Positions 1-15,200 of a stretch of 64,000 nucleotides of DNA are shown in pieces. A program made the position numbers and the translations under genes. How positions within the stretch are numbered: position 1 is the first letter of the stretch; the number at the start of each line of letters is the position of its first letter. Source of the stretch: the human T2T-CHM13v2.0 reference genome, Homo sapiens; assembly GCF_009914755.1 (NCBI RefSeq), contig NC_060933.1. The stretch is one strand, 5' to 3'. The notes beneath the pieces were generated by a model that was not told where the DNA came from, made no database searches, and saw nothing but the letters and a program-made list of their open reading frames with translations.

Positions 1-96
1 CGGGTTGTTCCATTCCATTCCATTCCATTCCACTCCATTCCATTGCACTCGGGTTGATTCCATTCCATTCCATTCCATTCCATTCCATTCCATTCC

Positions 97-111
97 ATTC
101 CGGAAGATTCC
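97..111. promoter_or_regulatory. Canonical heat-shock element nTTCn-nGAAn-nTTCn (ATTCCGGAAGATTCC); first of about 50 copies
   Basis: Three alternately inverted nGAAn pentamers. Other copies start at 1566, 2424, 3102, 4831, 6909, 7444, 9522, 10385, 11058 ... 54617. The motif match is direct; HSF1 binding at these sites is inferred. Confidence 0.7.
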
Positions 112-269
112 ATTCCATTGCATTCCATTCCATTCCATTCCCCTGCACTCGCATTGATTCCATTCCATTCCATTCTATTCCATTCCATTCCCTTCCTTTC
201 CGTTCCATTCCATTCCATTCCATTCCATTCCATTCCGTTCCGTTCCATTCCATTCCATTCCATTCTATT

Positions 270-3200
270 CAGGTTAATTCCATTCCATTCCATTCAATTG
301 CAATCGAGTTGATTCCATTCCATTCCATTCCATTCCATTCCATTCCATTCCTTTCCATTCCATTACGGATGATTCCATTCCATTGCATTCCATTCCATTC
401 CATTCCCCTGTACTCGGGTTGATTCCATTCCATTTCATTCCAATCCATGCCCTTCCACTCGTGTTGATTCCATTCTTTCCATTCCATTCAAGTTGAATCA
501 ATTCCATTGCCTTCCATTGCATTCCATTCCCCTGCAGTCGGGTTGATTCCATTCCATTCCATTGCATTCCATTCCATTCCATTCCATTCCGTTCCGTTCC
601 ATTCCATTCCATTCCATTCTATTCGGGTTAATTCCATTCCATTCCATTCCATTCCATTCCAATCGAGTTGATTCCATTCCATTCCATTCCATTCCATTCC
701 ACTCCATTCCAGTCCTTTCCATTCCATTCCACTCGGGTTGATTCCAATGTATTCCTTTCCATTCCATTCCATTCCATTGCAATCGAGTTGATTCCATTGC
801 TTTGCATTCCATTCCATTCCATTCCATTCCGGATGATTCCATTCCATTGCATTCCATTCCATTCCATTCCCCTGCACTCGGGTTGATTCCATTCCATTCC
901 ACTCCATTCCGTTCCATTCCATTCCATTCCATTGTATTCGGGTTAATTCCATTCCATTCAATTCCATTACAATCGAGTTGATTCCATTCCATTCCATTCC
1001 ATTCCAGTCCTTTCCATTCCATTCCACTCGGGTTGATTCCATTCTATTAGATTCCATTCCATTCCATTCCCTTCCATTCCACTCTGGTTGATACCATTCC
1101 TTTCCATTCCACTCGAATACATTCCCTCCTATTCCACTCGGAACGATTCCATTCCATTCCATTCCATTCCATTCCATTTCGTTCCATTCCATTCTATTCC
1201 GTATCATTCCATTCCATTCCATTCCATTCCATTCCATTCCATTCCATTCCATTCCGGATGATTCCATTCCATTGCATTCCTTTCCATTACATTCCCCTGA
1301 ACTCGCGTTGATTCCATTCCATTCCATTCCATTCCATTCCATTCCATTCCATTACAATTCGTTCCATTCCATTCTATTCCGTACCATTCCATTCCATTCC
1401 ATACCATTCCATTCCATTCCATTCCGTTCCATTCCGTTCCATTCCTTTCCATTCCATTCTATTCGGATTAATTCCATTCCATTCCATTCCATTCCATTCT
1501 ATTCCATTCCATTGCAATCGAGTTGAATCCATTGCATTTCATTCCATTCCATTCCATTCCATTCCATTCCGGAAGATTCCATTCCATTGCATTCCATTCC
1601 ATTCCATTCCCCTGCACTCGCGTTGATTCCATTCCATTCCATTCCATTCCATTCCATTCCATTCCGTTCCGTTCCATTCCATTCCATTCCATTCCATTCC
1701 ATTCCATTCCGTTCCGTTCCGTTCCATTCCATTCCATTCCATTCCATTCTATTCGGGTTAATTCCATTCCATTCCATTTGATTGCAATCGAGTTGATTCC
1801 ATTCCATTCCATTCCATTCCATTCCATTCCTTTCCATTCCATTACGGATGATTACATTCCATTGCATTCCATTCCATTCCATTCCCCTGTACTCGGGTTG
1901 ATTCCATTCCATTCCATTCCAATCCATGCCATTCCACTCTTGTTGATTCCATTCTTTCCATTCCATTCAAGTTGAATCCATTCCATTGCATTCCATTCCA
2001 TTCGATTCCATTTGATTGCACTCGGGTTGATTCCATTCCATTGCATTCCATTCCATTCCATTCCATTCCATTACATTCCGTTCCATTCCATTCCATTACA
2101 TTCGGATTGATTCTATTCAATTCCCTTACACTCCATTGCATTCCATTCAATTCGGGTAGTTTCCATTCCATTCCATTCCATTCCTCTCCATTCCATTGCA
2201 CTCGGGTTGATTCCATTCCATTGCATTCCATTCCATTCCATTCAATTCCATTCCGTTCCATTCCATTCCATTACATTCGGATTGATTCTATTCAACTCCC
2301 TTACTCTCCATTACATTCCATTCCATTCGGGTTGTTCCATTCCATTCCATTCCATTCCACTCCATTCCATTGCACTCGGGTTGATTCCATTCCATTCCAT
2401 TCTATTCCATTCCATTCCATTCCATTCCGGAAGATTCCATTCCATTGCATTCCATTCCATTCCATTCCCCTGCACTCACGTTTATTCCATTCCATTCTAT
2501 TCTATTCCATTCCATTCCCTTCCTTTCCGTTCCATTCCATTCCATTCCATTCCATTCCATTCCGTTCCTTTCCATTCCATTCCATTCCATTCTATTCGGG
2601 TTAATTCCATTACATTCCATTCGATTGCAATCGAGTTGATTCCATTCCATTCCATTCCATTCCATTCCATTCCATTCCATTCCATTCCTTTCCATTCCAT
2701 TACGGATGATTCCATTCCATTGCATTCCATTCCATTCCATTCCCCTGTACTCGGGTTGATTCCATTCCATTCCATTCCAATCCATGCCATTCCACTCGTG
2801 TTGATTCCATTCTTTCCATTCCATTCAAGTTGAATCCATTCCATTGCATTCCATTCCATTGCATTCCATTCGATTGCACTCGGGTTGATTCCATTCCATT
2901 GCTTTCCATTCCTTTCCATTCCATTCCATTCCTTTCCATTCCATTCCATTACATTCGGATTGATTCTATTCAACTCCCTTACTCTCCATTACATTCCATT
3001 CCATTCGGGTTGTTCCATTCCATTCCATTCCATTCCACTCCATTCCATTGCACTCGGGTTTATTCCATTCCATTCCATTCCATTCCATTCCATTCCATTC
3101 CATTCCGGAAGATTCCATTCCATTGCATTCCATTCCATTCCATTCCCCTGCACTCGCGTTGATTCCATTCCATTCCATTCCATTCCATTCCATTCCATTC

Positions 3201-6200
3201 CTTTCCGTTCCATTCCATTCCATTCCATTCCAATGCATTCCATTCCGTTCCGTTCCGTTCCATTCCATTCCATTCCATTCTATTCGGGTTAATTCCATTC
3301 CATTCCATTCGATTGCAATCGAGTTGATTCCATTCCATTCCATTCCATTCCATTCCATTCCATTCCTTTCCATTCCATTACGGATGATTCCATTCCATTG
3401 CATTCCATTCCATTCCACTCCATTCCAGTCCTTTCCATTCCATTCCACTCGGGTTGATTCCAATGTATTGCTTTCCATTCCATTCCATTCCATTGCAATC
3501 GAGTTGATTCCATTGCTTTGCATTCCATTCCATTCCATTCCATTCCGGATGATTCCATTCCATTGCATTCCATTCCATTCCATTCCCCTGCACTCGGGTT
3601 GATTCCATTCCATTCCACTCCATTCCGTTCCATTCCATTCCATTGCATTGTATTCGGGTTAATTCCTTTCCATTCCATTCCATTCCATTACAATCGAGTT
3701 GATTCCATTCCATTCCATTCCATTCCAGTCCTTTTCATTCCATTCCTCTTGGGTTGTTTCCATTCTATTAGATTCCATTCCATTCCATTCCCTTCCATTC
3801 CACTCTGGTTGATTCCATTCCTTTCCATTCCACTCGAATACATTCCCTCCTATTCCACTCGGAACGATTCCATTCCATTCCATTCCATTCCATTCCATTC
3901 CATTCCATTCCATTCCATTCCATTCCATTTCTTTCCATTCCATTGTATTCCGTATCATTCCATTCCATTCCATTCCCTTCCATTCCATTCCATTCCTTTC
4001 CATTCCATTGTACTCGGGTTGATTCAATTCCATTGCATTCCATTCCATTCCACTCCATTCCATTCCGTTGCATTCCATTCCATTACATTCGGATTGATTC
4101 TATTCAACTCCCTTACTCTCCATTACATTCCATTCCATTCGGGTTGTTCCATTCCATTCCATTCCATTCCACTCCATTCCATTGCACTCGGGTTGATTCC
4201 ATTCCATTCCATTCCACTCCATTCCATTGCACTCGGGTTCATTCCATTCCATTCCATTTCATTCCATTCCATTGCGGATGATTCCATTCCATTGCATTCC
4301 GTTCCATTACATTCCCCTGCACTCGCGTTGATTCCATTCCATTCCATTCCATTCCATTCAATTCCATTGCATTACAATTCGTTCCATTCCATTCTATTCC
4401 GTACCATTCCATTCCATTCCATACCATTCCATTCCATTCCATTCCGTTCCATTCCATTCCATTCCATTGTATTCGAATTAATTCCATTCCATTCCATTCC
4501 ATTCCATTCTATTCCATTCCATTGCAATCGAGTTGAACCCATTGCATTTCATTCCATTCCATTCCATTCCATTCCATTCCGGAAGATTACATTCCATTGC
4601 ATTCCATTCCATTCCATTCTCCTGCACTCGCGTTGATTCCACTCCATTCCATTCCATTCCATTCCATTCCATTCCGTTCCGTTCCATTCCATTCCATTCC
4701 ATTCCATTCCATTCCATTCCGTTCCATTCCATTCCATTCCATTCTATTCGGGTTAATTCCATTCCATTCCATTCGATTGCAATCGAGTTGATTCCATTCC
4801 ATTCCATTCCATTCCATTCCATTCCATTTCATTCCGGAAGATTCCATTCCATTGCATTCCATTCCATTCCATTCCCCTGCACTCGCGTTGATTCCATTCC
4901 ATTCCATTCCATTCCATTCCATTCCGTTCCGTTCCATTCCATTCCATTCCATTCCATTCCATTCCGTTCCGTTCCATTCCATTCCACTCCATTCTATTCG
5001 GGTTAATTCCATTCTATTCCATTCGATTGCAATCGAGTTGATTCCATTCCATTCCATTCCATTCCATTCCTTTCCATTACATTACGGATGATTCCATTCC
5101 ATTGCATTCCATTCCATTCCATTCCCCTGTACTCGGGTTGATTCCATTCCTTTCCATTCCAATCCATGCCATTCCACTCGTGTTGATTCCATTCTTTCCA
5201 TTCCATTCAAGTTGAATCCATTCCATTGTATTCCATTCCATTCCATTCCATTCGATTGCACTCGGGTTGATTCCATTCCATTGCATTCCATTCCATTCCA
5301 TTCCATTCCATTCCATTCCATTCCATTCCATTCCGTTCCATTCCATTCCATTACATTCGGATTGATTCTATTCAATTCCCTTACACTCCATTACATTCCA
5401 TTCCATTCGGGTAGTTTCCATTCCATTCCATTCCATTCCTCTCCATTCCATTGCACTCGGGTTGATTCCATTCCATTCCATTCCATTCCATTCCTTTCCA
5501 TTCCATTCCGTTCAATTCCATTCCATTCCATTCCATTCCAATCCATTCCATTCCGTTCCGTTCCTTTCCATGCCATTCCATTCCATTCTATTCGGGTTAA
5601 TTCCATTCCATTCCATTCCATTGCAATCGAGTTGATTCCATTCCATTCCATTCCATTCCATTCCATTCCATTCCATTCCATTCCTTTCCATTCCATTACG
5701 GATGATTCCATTCCATTGCATTCCATTCCATTCCATTCCCCTGTACTCGGGTTGATTCCATTCCATTCCATTCCAATCCATGCCATTCCACTCGTGTTGA
5801 TTCCATTCTTTCCATTCCATTCAAGTTGAATCCATTCCATTGCCTTCCATTCCATTCCATTCCCCTGCAGTCGGGTTGATTCCATTCCATTCCATTGCAT
5901 TCCATTCCATTCCATTCCATTCCGTTCCGTTCCATTCCATTCCATTCCATTCTATTCGGGTTAATTCCATTCCATTCCATTCCATTCCATTCCAATCGAG
6001 TTGATTCCATTCCATTCCATTCCATTCCATTCCACTCCATTCCAGTCCTTTCCATTCCATTCCACTCGGGTTGATTCCAATGTATTCCTTTCCATTCCAT
6101 TCCATTCCATTGCAATCGAGTTGATTCCATTGCTTTGCATTCCATTCCATTCCATTCCATTCCGGATGATTCCATTCCATTGCATTCCATTCCATTCCAT

Positions 6201-9200
6201 TCCCCTGCACTCGGGTTGATTCCATTCCATTCCACTCCATTCCGTTCCATTCCATTCCATTCCATTGTATTCGGGTTAATTCCATTCCATTCAATTCCAT
6301 TACAATCGAGTTGATTCCATTCCATTCCATTCCATTCCAGTCCTTTCCATTCCATTCCACTCGGGTTGATTCCATTCTATTAGATTCCATTCCATTCCAT
6401 TCCCTTCCATTCCACTCTGGTTGATACCATTCCTTTCCATTCCACTCGAATACATTCCCTCTTATTCCACTCGGAACGATTCCATTCCATTCCATTCCAT
6501 TCCATTCCATTTCGTTCCATTCCATTCTATTCCGTATCATTCCATTCCATTCCATTCCATTCCATTCCATTCCATTCCATTCCGGATGATTCCATTCCAT
6601 TGCATTCCTTTCCATTACATTCCCCTGAACTCGCGTTGATTCCATTCCATTCCATTCCATTCCATTCCATTCCATTCCATTCCATTACAATTCGTTCCAT
6701 TCCATTCTATTCCGTACCATTCCATTCCATTCCATACCATTCCATTCCATTCCATTCCATTCCATTCCGTTCCATTCCGTTCCATTCCTTTCCATTCCAT
6801 TCTATTCGGATTAATTCCATTCCATTCCATTCCATTCCATTCTATTCCATTCCATTGCAATCGAGTTGAATCCATTGCATTTCATTCCATTCCATTCCAT
6901 TCCATTCCATTCCGGAAGATTCCATTCCATTGCATTCCATTCCATTCCATTCCCCTGCACTCGCGTTGATTCCATTCCATTCCATTCCATTCCATTCCAT
7001 TCCATTCCATTCCGTTCCGTTCCATTCCATTCCATTCCATTGCATTCCATTCCATTCCATTCCGTTCCGTTCCGTTCCATTCCATTCCATTCCATTCCAT
7101 TCTATTCGGGTTAATTCCATTCCATTCCATTTGATTGCAATCGAGTTGATTCCATTCCATTCCATTCCATTCCATTCCTTTCCATTCCATTACGGAAGAT
7201 TACATTCCATTGCATTCCATTCCATTCCATTCTCCTGCACTCGCGTTGATTCCACTCCATTCCATTCCATTCCATTCCATTCCATTCCGTTCCGTTCCAT
7301 TCCATTCCATTCCATTCCATTCCATTCCATTCCGTTCCATTCCATTCCATTCCATTCTATTCGGGTTAATTCCATTCCATTCCATTCGATTGCAATCGAG
7401 TTGATTCCATTCCATTCCATTCCATTCCATTCCATTCCATTTCATTCCGGAAGATTCCATTCCATTGCATTCCATTCCATTCCATTCCCCTGCACTCGCG
7501 TTGATTCCATTCCATTCCATTCCATTCCATTCCATTCCGTTCCGTTCCATTCCATTCCATTCCATTCCATTCCATTCCGTTCCGTTCCATTCCATTCCAC
7601 TCCATTCTATTCGGGTTAATTCCATTCTATTCCATTCGATTGCAATCGAGTTGATTCCATTCCATTCCATTCCATTCCATTCCTTTCCATTACATTACGG
7701 ATGATTCCATTCCATTGCATTCCATTCCATTCCATTCCCCTGTACTCGGGTTGATTCCATTCCTTTCCATTCCAATCCATGCCATTCCACTCGTGTTGAT
7801 TCCATTCTTTCCATTCCATTCAAGTTGAATCCATTCCATTGTATTCCATTCCATTCCATTCCATTCGATTGCACTCGGGTTGATTCCATTCCATTGCATT
7901 CCATTCCATTCCATTCCATTCCATTCCATTCCATTCCATTCCATTCCGTTCCATTCCATTCCATTACATTCGGATTGATTCTATTCAATTCCCTTACACT
8001 CCATTACATTCCATTCCATTCGGGTAGTTTCCATTCCATTCCATTCCATTCCTCTCCATTCCATTGCACTCGGGTTGATTCCATTCCATTCCATTCCATT
8101 CCATTCCTTTCCATTCCATTCCGTTCAATTCCATTCCATTCCATTCCATTCCAATCCATTCCATTCCGTTCCGTTCCTTTCCATGCCATTCCATTCCATT
8201 CTATTCGGGTTAATTCCATTCCATTCCATTCCATTGCAATCGAGTTGATTCCATTCCATTCCATTCCATTCCATTCCATTCCATTCCATTCCATTCCTTT
8301 CCATTCCATTACGGATGATTCCATTCCATTGCATTCCATTCCATTCCATTCCCCTGTACTCGGGTTGATTCCATTCCATTCCATTCCAATCCATGCCATT
8401 CCACTCGTGTTGATTCCATTCTTTCCATTCCATTCAAGTTGAATCCATTCCATTGCCTTCCATTCCATTCCATTCCCCTGCAGTCGGGTTGATTCCATTC
8501 CATTCCATTGCATTCCATTCCATTCCATTCCATTCCGTTCCGTTCCATTCCATTCCATTCCATTCTATTCGGGTTAATTCCATTCCATTCCATTCCATTC
8601 CATTCCAATCGAGTTGATTCCATTCCATTCCATTCCATTCCATTCCACTCCATTCCAGTCCTTTCCATTCCATTCCACTCGGGTTGATTCCAATGTATTC
8701 CTTTCCATTCCATTCCATTCCATTGCAATCGAGTTGATTCCATTGCTTTGCATTCCATTCCATTCCATTCCATTCCGGATGATTCCATTCCATTGCATTC
8801 CATTCCATTCCATTCCCCTGCACTCGGGTTGATTCCATTCCATTCCACTCCATTCCGTTCCATTCCATTCCATTCCATTGTATTCGGGTTAATTCCATTC
8901 CATTCAATTCCATTACAATCGAGTTGATTCCATTCCATTCCATTCCATTCCAGTCCTTTCCATTCCATTCCACTCGGGTTGATTCCATTCTATTAGATTC
9001 CATTCCATTCCATTCCCTTCCATTCCACTCTGGTTGATACCATTCCTTTCCATTCCACTCGAATACATTCCCTCTTATTCCACTCGGAACGATTCCATTC
9101 CATTCCATTCCATTCCATTCCATTTCGTTCCATTCCATTCTATTCCGTATCATTCCATTCCATTCCATTCCATTCCATTCCATTCCATTCCATTCCGGAT

Positions 9201-12200
9201 GATTCCATTCCATTGCATTCCTTTCCATTACATTCCCCTGAACTCGCGTTGATTCCATTCCATTCCATTCCATTCCATTCCATTCCATTCCATTCCATTA
9301 CAATTCGTTCCATTCCATTCTATTCCGTACCATTCCATTCCATTCCATACCATTCCATTCCATTCCATTCCATTCCATTCCGTTCCATTCCGTTCCATTC
9401 CTTTCCATTCCATTCTATTCGGATTAATTCCATTCCATTCCATTCCATTCCATTCTATTCCATTCCATTGCAATCGAGTTGAATCCATTGCATTTCATTC
9501 CATTCCATTCCATTCCATTCCATTCCGGAAGATTCCATTCCATTGCATTCCATTCCATTCCATTCCCCTGCACTCGCGTTGATTCCATTCCATTCCATTC
9601 CATTCCATTCCATTCCATTCCATTCCGTTCCGTTCCATTCCATTCCATTCCATTGCATTCCATTCCATTCCATTCCGTTCCGTTCCGTTCCATTCCATTC
9701 CATTCCATTCCATTCTATTCGGGTTAATTCCATTCCATTCCATTTGATTGCAATCGAGTTGATTCCATTCCATTCCATTCCATTCCATTCCTTTCCATTC
9801 CATTACGGATGATTACATTCCATTGCATTCCATTCCATTCCATTCCCCTGTACTCGGGTTGATTCCATTCCATTCCATTCCAATCCATGCCATTCCACTC
9901 TTGTTGATTCCATTCTTTCCATTCCATTCAAGTTGAATCCATTCCATTGCATTCCATTCCATTCGATTCCATTTGATTGCACTCGGGTTGATTCCATTCC
10001 ATTGCATTCCATTCCATTCCATTCCATTCCATTACATTCCGTTCCATTCCATTCCATTACATTCGGATTGATTCTATTCAATTCCCTTACACTCCATTAC
10101 ATTCCATTCAATTCGGGTAGTTTCCATTCCATTCCATTCCATTCCTCTCCATTCCATTGCACTCGGGTTGATTCCATTCCATTGCATTCCATTCCATTCC
10201 ATTCAATTGCATTCCGTTCCATTCCATTCCATTACACTCGGATTGATTCTATTCAACTCCCTTACTCTCCATTACATTCCATTCCATTCGGGTTGTTCCA
10301 TTCCATTCCATTCCATTCCACTCCATTCCATTGCACTCGGGTTGATTCCATTCCATTCCATTCTATTCCATTCCATTCCATTCCATTCCGGAAGATTCCA
10401 TTCCATTGCATTCCATTCCATTCCATTCCCCTGCACTCGCGTTTATTCCATTCCATTCTATTCTATTCCATTCCATTCCCTTCCTTTCCGTTCCATTCCA
10501 TTCCATTCCATTCCATTCCATTCCGTTCCGTTCCATTCCATTCCATTCCATTCTATTCGGGTTAATTCCATTATATTCCATTCGATTGCAATCGAGTTGA
10601 TTCCATTCCATTCCATTCCATTCCATTCCATTCCATTCCATTCCTTTCCATTCCATTACGGATGATTCCATTCCATTGCATTCCATTCCATTCCATTCCC
10701 CTGTACTCGGGTTGATTCCATTCCATTCCATTCCAATCCATGCCATTCCACTCGTGTTGATTCCATTCTTTCCATTCCATTCAAGTTGAATCCATTCCAT
10801 TGCATTCCATTCCATTGCATTCCATTCGATTGCACTCGGGTTGATTCCATTCCATTGCTTTCCATTCCATTCCATTCCATTCCATTCCTTTCCATTCCAT
10901 TCCATTACATTCGGATTGATTCTATTCAACTCCCTTACTCTCCATTACATTCCATTCCATTCGGGTTGTTCCATTCCATTCCATTCCATTCCACTCCATT
11001 CCATTGCACTCGGGTTTATTCCATTCCATTCCATTCCATTCCATTCCATTCCATTCCATTCCGGAAGATTCCATTCCGTTGCATTCCATTCCATTCCATT
11101 CCATTCCTTTCCGTTCCATTCCATTCCATTCCATTCCATTCCAATGCATTCCATTCCGTTCCGTTCCGTTCCATTCCATTCCATTCCATTCTATTCGGGT
11201 TAATTCCATTCCATTCCGTTCGATTACAATCGAGTTGATTCCATTCCATTCCATTCAATTCCATTCCATTCCATTCCATTCCTTTCCATTCCATTACGGA
11301 TGATTCCATTCCATTGCATTCCATTCCATTCCATTCCCCTGTACTCGGGTTGATTCCATTCCATTCCATTCCAATCCATGCCATTCCACTCGTGTTGATT
11401 CCATTCTTTCCATTCCATTCAAGTTGAATCCATTCCATTGCATTCCATTCCTTTCCATTCCCCTGCAGTCGGGTTCTTTCCATTCCATTCCATTCCATTC
11501 CATTCCATTCCATTCCGTTCCGTTCCATTCCATTCCATTCCATTCTATTCGGGTTAATTCCATTCCATTCCATTCCATTCCATTCCATTCCATTCCATTC
11601 CATTCGGGTTGATTCCATTCCATTCCATTCCATTCCATTCCACTCCATTCCAGTCCTTTCCATTCCATTCCACTCGGGTTGATTCCAATGTATTCCTTTC
11701 CATTCCATTCCATTCCATTGCAATCGAGTTGATTCCATTGCTTTGCATTCCATTCCATTCCATTCCATTCCGGATGATTCCATTCCATTGCATTCCATTC
11801 CATTCCATTCCCCTGCACTCGGGTTGATTCCATTCCATTCCACTCCATTCCGTTCCATTCCATTCCATTGCATTGTATTCGGGTTAATTCCATTCCATTC
11901 CATTCCATTCCATTCCATTACAATCGAGTTGATTCCATTCCATTCCATTCCATTCCAGTCCTTTCCATTCCATTCCACTCGGGTTGATTCCATTCTATTA
12001 GTTTCCATTCCATTCCATTCCCTTCCATTCCACTCTGGTTGATTCCATTCCTTTCCATTCCACTCGAATACATTCCCTCCTATTCCACTCGGAACGATTC
12101 CATTCCATTCCATTCCATTCCATTCCATTCCATTCCATTCCATTCCATTCCATTTCGTTCCATTCCATTCTATTCCATATCATTCCATTCCATTCCATTC

Positions 12201-15200
12201 CATTCCATTCCATTCCATTCCATTCCATTGTACTCGGGTTGATTCAATTCCATTGCATTCCATTCCTTTCCATTCCATTCCATTCCGTTGCATTCCATTC
12301 CATTACATTCGGATTGATTCTATTCAACTCCCTTACTCTCCATTACATTCCATTCCATTCGGGTTGTTCCATTCCATTCCATTCCATTCCATTCCAATCC
12401 ATTCCATTGCACTCGGGTTGATTCCATTCCATTCCATTCCATTCCGGATGATTCCATTCCATTGCATTCCGTTCCATTACATTCCCCTGCACTCCCGTTG
12501 ATTCCATTCCATTACATTCCATTCCATTCCATTCCATTCCACTACAATTCGTTCCATTCCATTCTATTCCGTACCATTCCATTCCATTCCATACCATTCC
12601 ATTCCATTCCATTCCATTCCATTCCATTCTATTCGGATTAATTCCATTGCATTCCATTCCATTCCATTCTATTCCATTCCATTGCAATCGAGTTGAATCC
12701 ATTGCATTTCATTCCATTCCATTCCATTCCATTCCATTCCATTCCAATCCGGAAGATTCCATTCCATTGCATTCCATTCCATTCCAGTCCCCTGCACTCG
12801 CGTTGATTCCATTCCATTCCATTCCATTCCATTCCATTCCGTTCCGTTCCATTCCATTCCATTCCATTCCATTCCATTCCATTCCGTTCCGTTCCATTCC
12901 ATTCCATTCCATTCTATTCGGGTTAATTCCATTCCATTCCATTCGATTGCAATCGAGTTGATTCCATTCCATTCCATTCCATTCCATTCCATTCCATTCC
13001 ATTCCATTCCTTTCCATTCCATTACGGATGATTCCATTCCATTGCATTCCATTCCATTCCATTCCCCTGTACTCGGGTTGATTCCATTCCATTCCATTCC
13101 AATCCATGCCATTCCTCTCGTGTTGATTCCATTCTTTCCATTCCATTCAAGTTGAATCCATTCCATTGCATTCCATTACATTCGATTCCATTCGATTGCA
13201 CTCGGGTTGATTCCATTCCATTGCATTCCATTCCATTCCATTCCATTCCATTCCATTCCGTTCCATTCCATTCCATTACATTCGGATTGATTCTATTCAA
13301 TTCCCTTACACTCCATTACATTCCATTCCATTCGGGTAGTTTCCATTCCATTCCATTCCATTCCTCTCCATTCCATTGCACTTGGGTTGATTCCATTCCA
13401 TTGCATTCCATTCCATTCCATTCAATTCCATTCCGTTCCATTCCATTCCATTACATTCGGATTGATTCTATTCAACTCCCTTACTCTCCATTACATTGCA
13501 TTCCATTCGGGTTGTTCCATTCCATTCCATTCCATTCCACTCCATTCCATTGCACTCGGGTTGATTCCATTCCATTCCATTCCATTCCGGAAGATTCCAT
13601 TCTATTGCATTCCATTCCATTCCATTCCCCTGCACTCGCGTTGATTCCATTCCATTCCATTCTATTCCATTCCATTCCCTTCCTTTCCGTTCCATTCCAT
13701 TCCATTCCATTACATTCCATTCCGTTCCGTTCCATTCCATTCCATTCCATTTTATTCGGGTTAATTCCATTCCATTCCATTCCACTCCATTCCATTGCAC
13801 TCGGGTTTATTCCATTCCATTCCATTCCATTCCATTCCATTCCATTCCATTCCGGAAGATTCCATTCCATTGCATTCCATTCCATTCCATTCCCCTGCAC
13901 TCTCTTTGATTCCATTCCATTCCATTCCATTGCATTGCATTCCATTCCATTCCGTTCAATTCCATTCCATTCCATTCCATTCCAATCCATTCCATTCCGT
14001 TCCGTTCCGTTCCATTCCATTCCATTCCATTCTATTCGGGTTAATTCCATTCCATTCCATTCCATTGCAATCGAGTTGATTCCATTCCATTCCATTCCAT
14101 TCCATTCCATTCCATTCCTTTCCTTTCCATTACGGATGATTCCATTTCATTGCATTCCATTCCATTCCATTCCCCTGTACTCGGGTTGATTCCATTCCAT
14201 TCTATTCCAATCCATGCCATTCCACTCGTGTTGATTCCATTCTTTCCATTCCAGTCAAGTTGAATCCATTCCATTTCATTCCATTCCATTCCATTCCCCT
14301 GCAGTCGGGTTGTTTCCATTCCATTCCATTCCATTCCATTCCATTCCATTCCGTTCCGTTCCTTTCCATTCCATTCCATTCCATTCTATTCGGATTAATT
14401 CCATTCCATTCCATTCCATTCCATTCCATTCCATTCCATTCCAATCGTGTTGATTCCATTCCAATCCATTCCATTCCATTCCACTCCATTCCAGTCCTTT
14501 CCATTCCATTCCACTCGGGTTGATTCCAATGTATTCCTTTCCATTCCATTCCATTCCATTGCAATCGAGTTGATTCCATTGCTTTGCATTCCATTCCATT
14601 CCATTCCATTCCGGATGATTCCATTCCATTGCATTCCATTCCATTCCATTCCCCTGCACTCGGGTTGATTCCATTCCATCCCACTCCATTCCGTTCCATT
14701 CCATTCCATTGCATTGTATTCGGGTTAATTCCATTCCATTCCATTCCATTCCATTCCATTCCATTCCATTACAATCGAGTTGATTCCATTCCATTCCATT
14801 CCATTCCAGTCCTTTCCATTCCATTCCACTCGGGTTGATTCCATTCTATTAGTTTCCATTCCATTCCATTCCCTTCCATTCCACTCTGGTTGATTCCATA
14901 CCTTTCCATTCCACTCGAATACATTCCCTCCTATTCCACTCGGAACGATTCCATTCCATTCCATTCCATTCCATTCCATTCCATTCCATTCCATTCCATT
15001 TCGTTCCATTCCATTCTATTCCATATCATTCCATTCCATTCCATTCCATTCCATTCCATTCCATTCCATTCCATTGTACTCGGGTTGATTCAATTCCATT
15101 GCATTCCATTCCATTCCATTCCATTCCATTCCGTTGCATTCCATTCCATTACATTCGGATTGATTCTATTCAACTCCCTTACTCTCCATTACATTCCATT

